A stretch of DNA of 63,999 nucleotides, filler included, from Gonapodya sp. JEL0774 (lineage: Eukaryota): NCBI GenBank assembly GCA_027604505.1. It is 17 parts of 17 records of this genome, joined end to end, with 100 filler letters (N's around TTAATTAATTAA, not from the genome) between each part and the next. Parts side by side here need not be neighbours in the genome. Positions count along the whole stretch, not along the records: positions 30,315 to 33,990 come from JADIIX010001188.1; positions 34,091 to 37,765 come from JADIIX010001189.1; positions 37,866 to 41,539 come from JADIIX010001190.1; positions 41,640 to 45,313 come from JADIIX010001191.1; positions 45,414 to 49,083 come from JADIIX010001192.1; 12 more parts are not named here. One strand, written 5' to 3'. Shown one piece after another: positions 33,852 through 47,321 of the stretch. Under the pieces are notes generated by a model that was not told where the DNA came from, ran no database searches, and saw only the letters and a list, made by a program, of their open reading frames with translations. The number at the start of each line of letters is the position of its first letter. The stretch's first letter is position 1. The translations under genes and the position numbers were made by a program.

Positions 33852-34090
33852 GAGTTAGGACCGCACCCCCCATTCCTCCCCCTCTCGCTTTGGCCAACTC
33901 CCCGCTTCTGCCGATGCCTTCCATACCAACAATCCCTGAGCTCCTTCAGCTTCCCGACATACCAAACTTCCTCGCGTCCCGTCGCCTTGANNNNNNNNNN
34001 NNNNNNNNNNNNNNNNNNNNNNNNNNNNNNNNNNTTAATTAATTAANNNNNNNNNNNNNNNNNNNNNNNNNNNNNNNNNNNNNNNNNNNN

Positions 34091-35391
34091 CTCACCTCCA
34101 ACGGATACGTCATGTCGCTATCGAACGCGCTCAAATCCCCCGCGGCCACGAAGGGCACCACGGCGGCCGCGAAGCCCGTGGACAGAGGATGGGACGGCGG
34201 CGGGGGATCAGTGCCGCCACCGCCGGCAACCCCGTCCCCCGCGCCGGTGCCGGTGCCGACGGATTCTTCGACGCAAGAGTATGGAAGGTCCAGCATGGGG
34301 TTGGCCATGGTGGGGACGAAGCCCGGTGGAGGCTGGAAGTGCTGGCAGACAACGAAAGACTCTGGGGTGGAGCACGGGACGAGGGGAGGCGGGTGGAACA
34401 TGGAGGGTGGGAGCAGTCGGAACCGCGGACGAGTCTCCGTTTCCACCTCCTCCTCGTGCGCCATGTTCCTCACACCCTCCTCCCAACTCACCGATACTCG
34501 AATTCCTCGAACTCCTGGGCTTACTGCAGACAACGCTTCCAAAGTACATGCGCAGCTGGGCGTACAGGATGGTCACGTCCCGCCCGCGAAAGATTTTGGC
34601 CACAAAGGTGCCGCCGGGTTTGAGAACGTGGGTCGTGATGTTGAGGGCCTGGGGGAGGGGGCGGAGAGAGGTCGGAGTGGTGGGGGTAGGGATATATGTA
34701 CGGCGTGTACTCACGGCCAAGAGGAGTTGGGCTTGAACGTATTCGTCCATGTCGTGTAAGCCGGTGACTGAAGTGCGGTGCGGTGTGAGTTTCACGGACT
34801 GTTCTGACACCTCCACGAGCCACGCTGTCGCTTCGCAACGTTTTCCTCACCGTCCGGCGCCCCATCGCACACGACCAAGTCCGCCTTGCCGCCGTCGAAA
34901 TGGCGGACGATGGATTCGGCGGTCTCGTGGAGGGTGATGTCACCGCGGATGCAGATGACGCCGGGGAGAGGGGCCTGAGCAATGTGGATATTGAAGTGAA
35001 CGTCACCCAACCCGACCACTGATACGAGCGATGCAAGACAGGGAAACCAAGCTCGTTATGGACGCACCATCGGCTGCAAATCTACCGCGACGATCTTCAC
35101 GTCCTCGTCCGTCCTCTCACCCTCCAACCCTTCACCCCCCACCTCCCCCCCGCCCATCCCCCTCCCTTTCCCTTTCTCCCACACCTCCCTACTCAGGACC
35201 TGACTCCAACTCCCTGGCGCCGCACACAGATCCACCACCCGACGGACCGGGTGGCCCTCGCCCTCGCGGGGTCGGAAGAGGGAAAACTCTTCGTCCAGTT
35301 GGAGGAGCTTGAACGCCGATCGGGCGCGCCAGCCTTGTTCTTTGGCCAGACGGTAGTAGCGGTCACGTTTGTCTTTGGATTTTTTGCCCAT
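34091..35391 (-). CDS. TRM7: tRNA (C32/G34-2'-O)-methyltransferase Trm7/FTSJ1; multi-exon, 3' truncated
   Basis: [99 protein letters not shown]. Confidence 0.95.
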
Positions 35392-36433
35392 GGTCGGGGT
35401 GGGGTGAGATGGAGATGGGGTGGGCACGGGCGTCGAACCGAGACGTGTGTGGAACAAAGGTGCTCCAATGATTGAAGGGATAGAGCGCCGACGCTGCCAT
35501 TGTATTACATACATATGCGCCCAACACCCACGTAAAGTTCCAAAAAAAAAGCTCGCTCGAGGCAAGACTTTCAGTTCCCGTTCTTAGATTGTATCGAGAG
35601 GAAACTCCCGCTGGCAGCCCTGCAAGATGATGGTCATGACGCCGCCGACCAGCAGTTGAAATTGATTGCGACTCCAATGTCATATAACGAAGAGGCAAAG
35701 GTTTAGTATGATACATATGGGGGCTGCGCACCTTCCGTCACCACCGCACCCCCCCTCCCACTTTCTGGTTCGCAAACGGAACAAAAGTTTCTGCCAGGCA
35801 ACGATGACAATGCACCGCCAGTCAATCCAGAAGGCGAGGGAGTCGCCCGAGCACCCAAATGCCGAAACGAGCAAGTAAGGTTGATCAAGCCCACCTGCTC
35901 GATATAATTTGGGCGTGCCAGGTATATGAGGGGGGTCCGTTTCTAGTGTACACATCACAAGGTCCGCAGTCGTTTGCGCCACACTTCTTGGCGCGCAGCT
36001 CAATTACAATACCCCATCTCCCGCCCGCACGAAGATAACGACACAGATATTCAATCTTAGGTTTTCAGGTGCTCTCGGTGTGTCGGTTGGTTCACGGCGG
36101 GAGTACAGGGACAGAGGTTCCCTCCTAATCTAGATGTAATGATGCACGCTTCCAAATGCAAAGTAGCTTCTCTTTTTATACAGTGCTCCCGCACTCATCG
36201 AACTGCAGTACACCGTTGAGCGCGCAGCGCGCCGCTGGACATCCCATAGGATGCAAGTGGATCGGGCACCGACCACAGCACATTTGCCTAAGCAGCAAGC
36301 GAGCTGCTGCACTGTAATTTGTATCCAATATCCAATTTCTAGTCAGACGTTTCTGATAAAGGTTTATCCACTTCCGCTAAACAACATGAATCTTTTGGTC
36401 CATAAGTACATATAGGTGTACACCCCCGTAAAA

Positions 36434-37765
36434 CTAAACCTTGACGAGCTTGATGAATACTCCATTGCCTGCCTTGATCGTGCCTTGGGAAGCGACGACA
36501 AACTGCAGCACAAAGATGGAGCTAATAATATGAGGGTAGGGAATTGAACATGTTTGGATACATTCAAGTCCTCACCTTGTGATTTTGGCAATACACCATA
36601 TCCCACTTCTCCAACGTGGACGCAAGAACAATACGAAGTTGTGCTAGAGAGGAGGAAAACAGGAGGAACGATGGTTAATTATGCTCATGCAAGGTCTCCA
36701 GTCTGGTTTTACACAACCAAATGGATGAACTATTGACAACGTGGCTCACAGAACGTACCGAGAGCCAGTCTTTCTCCCAAGCACTTTCGGGCACCGTTAC
36801 CAAATGGAGCGTACGCGTACGGACTCAGGGCACCACCGTTGCCTGTGGCATCATCGAGCCTGTCAAAGCCAAAGGGAGTGATCTGGTGTCGGTTCCGGTT
36901 TCCACATCGCTTGATGTTAAAAGCGTATTCCAGTTCACCAGCGCTGTGGATCCCAGATTTCTGCCCGCAGGTAGTTTTCCGGAGAACGACCCGCACCCAT
37001 CACAAACGGCGCAATCTAGATCAGTGAATCACAAACCAGTACTTCAGTAGGAAACATGATACAGCCGTACCAGACACCACAGGTTCTCACCATATCATTC
37101 TTTCGGAGCTCCACTGACTTCTGTTCTCCTGTAAGAGTGTCGATGTACGGCACAACAAAATCCTCGTGAACAACTCGACCAGCACCGTTCGGTGCCGCGG
37201 GGTACATCCTTCGCATGTTCGGAAAGAGAAAGAAGCAATTCCGCAGTGATTAGCTGACGTTGGCCACAAGTATGTTTGCCTGCACTCAGAACTCACCTCA
37301 GCGTTTCTTTGATGGCAGCGTTCAGCGCTTTCAAACCTTCCAGAAATTCTAGTGGCAGTAGCTTGTCTTCAGAAAGTCCCTGCGATTTCCTCAGCTCCTT
37401 GATCTCACTGCGAATGGCGTGCTGCCACGTCGGCTGTCGAGATAGCTCATAAACCGCAAAAGTCAGAGTACCAGCTGTCGTGTCGTGCTATATCAATCAA
37501 TAACCGAATGAACTATCTCGTGAATCAGGATATGATGTAGTGGAACTGTGACCCACCCCTGCAAACATAAGTGCGACCTTCGGAGTCGCCACCAATACGG
37601 TCCACGCATCAGTTTCGGAAGCGACTCTCAAAATCTCACGTAAGGACCACCTACCACTTGCTTTTTCAAATCCGCTGCCCCCATCCAGTCAGGGAGTTTC
37701 TCGCTGCGCAGAGTGTCATCCAGAATTGACCGCGTTCCCTCATCTTTCCCAGACTGTGCCCGCGA
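36434..37765 (-). CDS. Cytochrome P450, C-terminal exons; 5' truncated
   Basis: HDTTAGTLTF (I helix), IKETL|RMYP (ExxR), PFGNGARKCLG (haem-binding Cys). Confidence 0.92.
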
Positions 37766-37865
37766 NNNNNNNNNNNNNNNNNNNNNNNNNNNNNNNNNNN
37801 NNNNNNNNNTTAATTAATTAANNNNNNNNNNNNNNNNNNNNNNNNNNNNNNNNNNNNNNNNNNNN

Positions 37866-38295
37866 GTATCCCCTCCAACAGGAACAGAAGTCTTACCTTG
37901 GTCAAACGTCAGAAGCAAAGAAGTTCAGATCTACCATGGATGCTCTTCCAGCACCTGAGATGAATTTATTGAAGTCGACTGTGTTCTCAAAATCCCAGCC
38001 GGCGCTTCCTGCCATGGGCAATGTCGAGAGCTTCTCCACGCTTTCACCAAGCGACGCACTTCGTCCACACTCTGCTCACGTACGGCGACCACTTACTCCA
38101 GCAGGAGCTGTGCGACCCAACTGGGTTCTACCATCGTGGTTAGCGGGTTTGATATTGGGAAGGAAGAAGGATCATGAGAGGCTTATCTGCATAGAATATG
38201 ATAGTGCATCGGACATGGGTTGGTCAGACCACAAACCTGTGTTTGCGGCGTTTGAGGTTCACGGATGGAATTGGAGCAACGATGTGGGTTTTTGA
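37866..38295 (+). CDS. Inositol polyphosphate 5-phosphatase-like C-terminus; 5' truncated
   Basis: EYDS....WSDHKPVFAAFEV terminal motif of the EEP/5-phosphatase family. Confidence 0.75.
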
Positions 38296-38469
38296 TGTGC
38301 CGCTGGTTCGCAGGGTGGACACGGCAGGAGAGGAGGGATTTGGTTTGATTTTCAGCTCAACGGTACAGTACGGGACATCGTTACTATATATTTAGATATG
38401 TATGCTCAGGGATATTCAGATTGTATGTATTATGGTATCACGAGAGTTGCCACTCGCCAAACAGAGCAA

Positions 38470-41400
38470 TCACGCGGACCTTGCTGCTGTCACAGCATTA
38501 ACCACGTTGAATGCAATGACTAAAACCAGTGAAGATGAAAGTACCACCAAGCATGCGATGGCGACTGTGAGAGGAGGCCATGGGACCCAGTCTGGCACAG
38601 ATTTGAACGACGAAGATGCAAACGTCTCGTGAGGCACCACTGTGGCCTCAATAGTCCGAACACTTGTCCGTTTTTGTCGAAAACCCTCCATGGGGACATC
38701 CTCATTGCCCATAACGGATCTCTGTAGGGAAGGGAACGACCCGCGATCGCCAATGGAAACGGGCGGGCGATCGAACGCAATGGTCTCAGATGCAGCAAAG
38801 CTGTTTATGGAAGATGTGGGAGAGGCGGGGTGATCACAGAGCTCCGGTGTAAGTGATCGGTTCAGATTTGCCATCGTCGTATCACTGGATAAATCCTGGA
38901 TTTGTAGACGAGGGATATTTAATCCACTTCGAAAGCTTTTGCCCGGTGGTGGGGAGCCTGGATACACAACAACAGACGGTATAGAAGAAGTCAGGAGAGG
39001 ATGCTCTGCTGTAGTTGGTGTGCGAAGGAGGGTGCCATCTGAAAATGTTGGAGACATGGGATCTTCGAATCTTCTGTCAGGCTCTTCCTCCAGCAGGCCG
39101 ATAGTGGACTTCCTGGCATCACGTTTAGGAGAGCCTAGGATACTTCCCATTCGATTTTGAATGGTACGAATTGGTTTTCGGTTCTGATGAGAATGTTGTA
39201 TTGAAAACTGCTCCCTTCCGGCATCTGATAACATGAGAGACGTTTGGCTCATTGCGAGTCCCTCCTCCAGCTCATTCATATCCGAGTGGGATGGATCGGG
39301 AGTCTCACGTCTGTGAGTATCAGATGTCGTATCTCCCCCATATGAACCCCTCCGATGTGAAGTCCGGTTCAGACCAAAAAGCGAGCCACCAGTTGCTGAG
39401 AAGACTCGCGCTCCATCGAGTTCGAGTTGAATATTGCGAGAGATCGATCGAGTAATGGCGATTGGATTCGGCATCTCCACTTTAGATAATCGAGTTAGAG
39501 TTGCATTTGTGCCATGATCTTCCTCGAGAATAGTCGGTGCTATCCGCAATGGGTTATCGGGGATGGCAACACCGAAAGTGTCACTTGGACTGCGATACAC
39601 GGTGTGTCTTGCCGAATCCTCAATTCGTACAGCATCGGCCGGCTTTCCAGGATTTACTGCAGGGGTAGACGATTGCGATTTAGGAAACACCCCATCCAAC
39701 CTTAGTGATGCAAACGAAAGTCCCGATGGCTTGCGCGAAAGCTCTGATGAGTTTTGCGATAATCCAAGCATCGGTATACGAGCACCGCCCGATGCCTGTA
39801 CGAGATGAGATCCAGATTCATTCTGTTCTTCCTCAAACACGCTATCGGCAAATTCTTCGTCATCCGTAAGAGGGTCATTGACCTCCACCTCCACCCCGTC
39901 AAGTGTCAACGTTGCGGTAGCTCCTGGCACTTGCAATACACTTGTGTCCACGCTGACTCTCGACAGCGACATTCCAGACGAGGGGTGCACCGACAGCACG
40001 GTGCTCGAAGTTCGAGATTTGTGGGGTTGACGATTCGAATCACCTGAGACGGAACGAGTTGAAGGCTGTCGCAGCAACCGTTCATCCGGAGACAAATGAC
40101 TGCCGTACTTGATAGGTCGGATTTGCGGGGTTGGCGGCGCAAGGGCGACTGAATCATTTCGGTCCATCGTTTCGGGTTTGTCCCCCTCTCCTGTCACAAC
40201 AAAAGTTGGGATCGAAGTGCCCTTTTCGTCCCCGAGTGCATTTTCAGGGCTGGATTTCGTGATGTAATGATTCCTTTGTGTGTTGTCAACTGATCCCAAA
40301 ACATTACTCGGTGCGTACTGTGCATTTCGGGACGACATCTGTCGTGAACTGTGAAATTCGATTTCACTATCCAGAATCTTTGGTGTCATCACGTCACTCA
40401 ATCCGACTCTAGTCGCAAAGGAGTTGAATGCTGAGGCCAAAATGGCTACTGCACTGGCAGTATGGCCCGGGGGAAGTGAATCGGGGATCCGAGACTCCCC
40501 GCCAAAGTGGGACTTCACTACAGTCCCCTTTTGTCGCGCCTTTTTCTCCAAATGCTTTTTCACCGCATCCGATTCTGGGTGAATTTGAGTCAAAAGTTCC
40601 TTTTGGTGGTCAGTGAGGCAACTTTGTTTCCTATGTCGCCATTCCTCACGGAACTTTCGAGCACGCAGGTAGATGACGATCGGGAGAACAAAATTCGCGA
40701 GTGATGTCGTGAACAGAGACGACCATGACACGAAACTGCTGATATAAGGACCCGTCTGGAAAGGAATAGCCACAAGGAATGGCATAATTGTTGAGAGGAC
40801 AGTCGCTAGTCCTGGGAACGTTATATATCTGATCAGACGAAGAACAAAAATGCTGACCGATCGCTGTATGCTGCCCACCTTTCCCACACACATCGTTTTG
40901 AACGAGATTTTCGTGCACAATGATAATGAAAATTGGGATCGAAGTGACCAATGAAACGAGGGGGAACGCGTAAACAGTGGCTTGTGCAACACGTAGCCAG
41001 TGCGCAAAGCTGGCGGATGTACCAAGAGGAGCGACAATAGCGTTAAGCGCTGAAAGAAGATTTCCGTCAAGTGAAAGGGAAAGCGTTGCTGCCCCTGTCA
41101 TTGCGGCGTTCACAGAAGCGTCTTCCATAACTCGTTATTCAGAGCTTTGAGTCTCGCGCGCTCTCACCAAACGTCCCGATGGCAATATATAGTCCAGTTG
41201 AATACGCTCCGCTCCACCATAGTGTGCTGGAAATGTCAACTCGCGGGGTCCTAACATTGACCCAGGACGGGACAGTCGTGACGAAAGCTAGATTAAATAG
41301 AACTGTGCCGACAACCATCGTCAGAGCTCCGTTCTCGCTGATAACAGGTGCAAGTGGCGATGGTACAGTTGCGGACGCAAGGAGGAACGCAGGTCGGTTT

Positions 41401-41539
41401 GCCAGCACTAATCCAAAGGTAAGAAGCCAGATCACGAATATCAAGAGGGTAAGAAAGGTCGATATGACTTGAACGAAAATATTGTCTGCAAGTTTGACCA
41501 TTCCGAGCGGAATTATCATCAGAGTGGTGATCTTCAGGG
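38470..41539 (-). CDS. Amino-acid transporter-like (Aa_trans/APC) protein with a very long disordered insert; 5' truncated
   Basis: Multiple TM helices (IIPLGMVKLADNIFVQ, VGTVLFNLAFVTTVPSWVN, SIPIFIIIVHENL, SSLFTTSLANFVLP), then a long Ser-rich loop and a final TM helix. Confidence 0.75.
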
Positions 41540-41639
41540 NNNNNNNNNNNNNNNNNNNNNNNNNNNNNNNNNNNNNNNNNNNNTTAATTAATTAANNNNN
41601 NNNNNNNNNNNNNNNNNNNNNNNNNNNNNNNNNNNNNNN

Positions 41640-44600
41640 TATGTGTTTTTGACAGTAGGTAATTGTGTCAATAATTTCAAAACATCCATCATACAGGTCT
41701 GGGGTGTGAATTTCATGGCATGTGTTGTAGGAGAACCAGATATGGATGGAAATAATCACCAATAATATCTGCTTTAAAGATTCTGTGTATCATAGGAATG
41801 AGAATGACTTCCAACTGGCCTAAAATCTGATATGATTTGTTGAATGTCTGATGGCGAAGTCTGTACTTTTATTGGGGAGCGGGAGCTCTTTACCTCTTTT
41901 GATGATTCCACAGAGACAAGGAGGGTGCTAATAGTCTCTAATAATCCAGTTGCAGCCACTAAGCGACTGTCAACATCCTCCTCATCCTTGACAAGGTCAA
42001 GAATGCGAATCACAGAATCTCTCTGATAATACTACAGCTTCAGAAATTGAAATAATCTTGGAGAAGGTGAAAAACTTGTTCTCACAAGTTGGCTCCCCAG
42101 CTGCACTGCAAAAGGGATGAGCTCATCCCCAAACAATTCCACAACAGAATCCATAACTATCAAACATAAAGTTTTTCCTGTTAAGCTATAAGATTCTGGG
42201 GAAAAAAAAGAAGCATTGCCTCACCAGATGCAAGTGCATCATGATCAGCATCTGCCATTAGATTTAACAAAGCATTCATGAGTGCTGCATAAACAGAATA
42301 TGATTGTGTTTGCAATTTAATATCAGAATTGATTTGAATTGCCTACAAGCAGCATGTGGTTTGATCTGACTTTGAATGCGCTCATCTTGAAGCAGGGCTT
42401 GCAGGGCCAGGCAAGATGACACTCTCACAGGGAGCTCAACATCTCTCATGCAATATTGCACTCCCTAAGAGACATCCAAAATAAGTATTGTTGCATGCCA
42501 ATAGGTTCCAGATCAAAAAAACAACCTCCAGGATCAGGTGCAGCTGAGAATCAGAAGAATGGATTCTCAATTCAGGAACAGAGTTCTCAAATGCAACAAT
42601 GACCCATTTCTTACTGAGCTGTCAGTCCATGATATGTCAGTGAATCTTTCCACCAGATCACAAGCCTCAAAATAAGCTTTGTCAATACTCTCACAACTTC
42701 ATCAAAGTTGATTGAGCTCACTTGCATTCTAAGCCAAGGATACTGACTTCTGAAGTTGTGGAATGCATTTACCAGAAGAACTTGCTCTATTTCAGATTCC
42801 TTAACTGGAGATTTCTGAAGAAAACCATGAATTTCACTATATTGGCAGCCTGGAACAGAAAAAACAACTGCACACCTCTGAAAGCAAGAAGTCTGAAAGC
42901 TATGGCAAGGAAAAATGAACATCTTGAGCTTCGATTGTTCAAGTCACAAGTAAAATGTACCCAAAGAACTCACACATCCCATCATGCTCAACAAGCCAAA
43001 TTTTGACCTTGATTGTTCTCTTGTAAGCTCTCCAGTCTGAAACTCTGGCAACCTGGTGTTGAGAAATGCAAGAGCTGCAGTGAAGCTCACTTTCCTCCGC
43101 TCCTTCACAAGAACTGTAAGAAGTTGCAATGCAGCAGTTGTGTTTGAATTGATATCCCTGTCTGGATCAAGGTGATCAGCAAGGTATTCCCTGGGGCTTA
43201 AATGATTAGATAAAAATATTTGAGTCCAAAGAGTTAATTTTTAAGATCATCTGCATCAACACACTCTTCCTGCCATTGCTGTATGTCCCTGTCTTGAATG
43301 GATGTCAGTGGGAAGATCAAGTGCTTTGAAACAACACTTTCAAAAAGGAAGGCAAAGATCCAACTACATTGACTCTGTGTACTCACAGCAATCAAGTTAT
43401 TCAAATGAGATTTCAGTAATGCCCATGTTTGCTTATATTTGACACTGGATGAATTTAATGAATATAGGAATTAGAGAAAGGGTTGTCTTCCAAATTGGCA
43501 GCAATCTTAAACAGTCACCACTCAGTAAGGAACATCAAGATAAAATTCATTCCACGGGGCATAATCCAGAGATTTTGAGATACCCAAGAATCTATTTGTG
43601 CCATATAAATTTTCATGATTGATGGAGCAAACTCTGTGAGGAGCAGTGTGGCAAATACTTCATGATGTAATGCCCTTTTTGATTGGAAAGCTGGGTTTGC
43701 GTATCTATGGGAATGAAACACAATGTGTACACCCCACATGTGCACAACATTCCCAAAACACAAAATACCTGACAATCAGTTTGTGCACAATAAACTGTGC
43801 CCACTTTTTGGCTTTGCACCATGGTTCTTTGACCCTGTCATCCTCACATATTCTCAGCACATCTGTGGGAAGATCACGCTTGATCACTTGACCAACTAAG
43901 GATCCCCATGCAACAAACGATTGGGGCTGTTGAAGCGCTGTTGGCATCTCCATCTTAGATTTTTCCGGAGCATACTATTAGAATGACGTTCCCAGAAAGC
44001 ACTTAATTGCCTTACCTGAATAATTCTAGCATAGATCTTCAGAACAATTCTCAAGACATCTCCTGCATCTGTCGTGTCACTTCCAATCATCTGTGGACCA
44101 ATCTTCAACAGTTCTGGTATCGCAACATTCAACAGTGTCTCAAAACCTTCATCTCGGTTTTCAGCTGCCCTCCACCTGCATGCATAAATGATAACTGCTT
44201 CCGCTGAGGAAAACTGGACTCTCTCTCACCTGTAAATCTTTGCGACAGCAAGTAAGCAGTTAAGTCCCGCCCTCACACTCTCTATCTCTTGTATACTCAG
44301 AAGTAGCATAGACTTCTGCAAATAGTCAGGCCACTGAGAAGGGTAATCAATGTCCAAAACGCGGCTAAGTGCAGCAAGGATGCTCGCTCTGATGGCAACG
44401 TGAAAATTGTAATTTAGAAGAGAAAGGATAGAGTAAATGCAAAGGAAAATGAACCTCGCTTGTCGTGGAGATTTCACGAGGGCCTGTCAAAAGATTCTCA
44501 TTATTGGTGTGTGGTCGAATCGCGTTGCTTGCGAAAAGTCACCTCATGGAAACGTCCGCGTAAGTGATCTTTTTCAGCACTCTCAATGGGGTGCTCAGAA

Positions 44601-44953
44601 TGAGCAGGATCCCAACATTGTTGAATGGTGTTCTTCAGATATACGGAAGCTACCAATTGTGGATTGAGTTCCACACCGCGAACAAACTTTCGCAGGTCCG
44701 TCACACACCAGCAACACGCGCATCGTGGTTCACCGAATCCGAAGCTACACACTCAAGAAGGAGAGAGCAGAACCCTGTTTGAACTGAAAGCTGATATCGT
44801 GCAAAGAAAGGTGACGGGAGATCGACAAGGATGAGTAGCCATCCTGCAACAACTAACCAGTTTCAATTGCTCCTCCGCCTGTTTCCGAACATCATCATCC
44901 GAGCTAAACGTTCCCAGGAGAGCGCTATACAGAATCTTAGCCGAATCAGACAT
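41640..44953 (-). CDS. NMD5: Importin-7/8 (Nmd5/Sxm1) karyopherin; many exons, 3' truncated
   Basis: RKQAEEQLK, ASVYLKNTI, DYPSQWP, PWCKAKKWA, YPWLR, DVELPVRVSSCLALQ. Confidence 0.88.
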
Positions 44954-45456
44954 TGGGGAGCTCAGGAATGAGAAAATGGGGGAAACACAGCATGGGACCA
45001 CAGCAGGGACGAGGGATCCCAAGCGACATTCATCGTATATTTTTCACCACGGAGACAAAGATACATGCACTTAGTTCTCGACTAACGTGAGTGTGAAAAT
45101 CGGAATAACGATCCCGCGCGAACTGACTCAGAACAAGCTAAGAATGACGAAAAGCTGGAAAATGGCACTCACGAGTGATCGAGAGTCCGAGCCTGTGCGC
45201 GTTCTCGTTGAGTTTAGTTGTGTCAAAGCTACCAGCAAGAGTGAGCTTGACGCCTGGGCGGAGACTGGATCGCGCACATTGAGTAACACGTGCGAGTCGG
45301 AATTAGCATTTCANNNNNNNNNNNNNNNNNNNNNNNNNNNNNNNNNNNNNNNNNNNNTTAATTAATTAANNNNNNNNNNNNNNNNNNNNNNNNNNNNNNN
45401 NNNNNNNNNNNNNCCAACATACCCACTGCGGGGGTGATCATCGACCTAGTATACCA

Positions 45457-46803
45457 ATGAATCTAAAGAAAAAACAGGTCTTGCGAGTTGTACAGCAAGA
45501 ATCCTCAACATCCCGAGCCGCTGCGCTGCACGTCCCCCCCGAGACCTCGATTCTATCGATGCCGCAGTTTAACTCACTGTCGCCACTCGCATCGAACACA
45601 TCCCTCTCCTCTTCTTTTACACTGCCGCCCACTCTTTTCCCCATTGATGCTGTTCTTGAAGCAGTGTTCTTGTCCTGTGAGGTTTCCCTGAAGTATGAGA
45701 GAAGTCCTACACTGAATGCACAGAGTACCAGGGAGCATGATCGATTGCGTCTGGCAACAAATCGACAAAGCAGCCATCGCAATACCGATGTGATCGCTGA
45801 CGTGCAATCTCAAGTCCAGGAGTCACCACCACTAGTGACCTCTTCTGGGTCAGACGTTACTGGCCACCTACTGCAATGCGCAGATGTTGTCTTGAACACA
45901 CCTATCACCGCCAAATGTTGTGCTTCTTGCGGTGTTGAAAAATCACCAATGGTGAGTCAGAAACGTTGGTTCCACATCCGAGATAAATCGCGTGCCCTTC
46001 CTCTCACCATCCCGATCGTCTCTGCTTGTAATTTCTATCCAACTATTGTTGATCAGTGGCGTCAAGGCCCTCAACCCAAATACCACACTCTTTGCAACTC
46101 GTGCGGAATAAAGTGGAGTCGTGGAAAGATTCACAAAGACTTCCCGTTCAAAATATACTCGCAATTCCTCTCAAGCAATGGTAACGGACAGGGTAAGCGG
46201 GTCAGTGTGGAACAAGGAGCAGGGTCTGGTGGGGTAGGGAAGAGTGCCGCAGATGTGAGCGACACCGCCGAAACCCACGCTGCATCAAGGTAAGCTGTTG
46301 TTCTGCACCGTCTTCCTAGCATCCTCTGATATTTCTTACTCGTGCCGTGGATTTAATCCGTTTCTGAACCTTACGCGTCAAGGAGCGAACCGGATTCCGT
46401 GCCACCCACCACATATAGGGCTCGGGCGCTGTCATCACAACCGACTACACCACTCCCTCCTTTCGTCACCTCTGTTTCCTTCCAATACCACCCTAGCTCT
46501 CCAACTTCACTCACCCTCTCCTTCCCTGAAGTCTCGCACCATAACACTCAACCCGGACATGGGACTCGGCATCCCGCTTCACACGTTCAAGCTGCCATCG
46601 AACTTTCTGTACCTGGGCAACCAGTCTCGTGGGACTCTTCTCTTGCCTCGTGGACGATGCGGTTGCCCTTTTCTTTGGACGAAAGGAAAGTAGTTTCAGG
46701 TGTCGTGGAGGTGCGTGATATGTGGGGGGGAGCGTACAGCGTTAACACCAGGGGTGGGGAGCTGGAAGTTGGTCGATGGGTGGGGAGACCTGGACGACCT
46801 TGA
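45457..46803 (+). CDS. GATA zinc-finger protein, copy 1 (3 exons)
   Basis: CASCGVEKSPM|WRQGPQPKYHTLCNSCGIKW across an intron; C-terminal beta-rich domain shared with copy 2. Confidence 0.8.
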
Positions 46804-47321
46804 GATAGGAGGTGGTGTGAGATATTAAGTCCGTCTTAAGCCAATTGGGAGATGTGGCCCAGGTGATTGGAAGTATGCGCTGCCGTAGCTCCATGTATTT
46901 GTATCATATTTCTGTCATCGGGTTCAACTGTAATTGTAATGGGGAAATGAGAGATTTATTCAGTTGGGGGTTGAGAACAGTCGTGGGCGGACCAAAGCAC
47001 TGTGGACGGCAGCTGGACTCTCCTCGTATGTGTGAGTTTGATGCCGGCGGACAGCCATATATCGAAGTTCATCTTCCGATGCTTGCATTGCTGGCCTCAA
47101 ACACCTGCTATCGACAAGAGGCATTGCTCCAAATGCATCAAGTTGGTGTGAGTGGCCTCGCAATCACCACCTTGCGGGGAGAGTTGACAATCAAATCATT
47201 TATGTGAATCGAGCTTACCTTACCTGTTTCTTCCTCTCTATAACCACTTTTCCCGGCCAGGTGTCGAACATGCTCCGAAGTTTTCTCCGATGGAGGGTCC
47301 TTCTACCTCAGACATGATCAT

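Larger units (their letters stand above)
30315..33990 (+). mobile_element. DIRS/Ngaro-type (tyrosine-recombinase class) retrotransposon; both ends truncated
   Basis: Overlapping gag and RT-RNase H ORFs with no protease or DDE integrase. The YR ORF is expected beyond the contig end and is not seen. Confidence 0.88.

Noticed and set aside
22761..33990. Virus-like contig, 2OG-like gene and DIRS element as one composite element
   Set aside because: They lie on three separate contigs that are adjacent only because of similar length.
34112..35475. Long plus-strand ORFs over TRM7, and similar antisense ORFs over DSK2 and the MDR gene
   Set aside because: Stop-poor shadow frames of GC-rich coding sequence.
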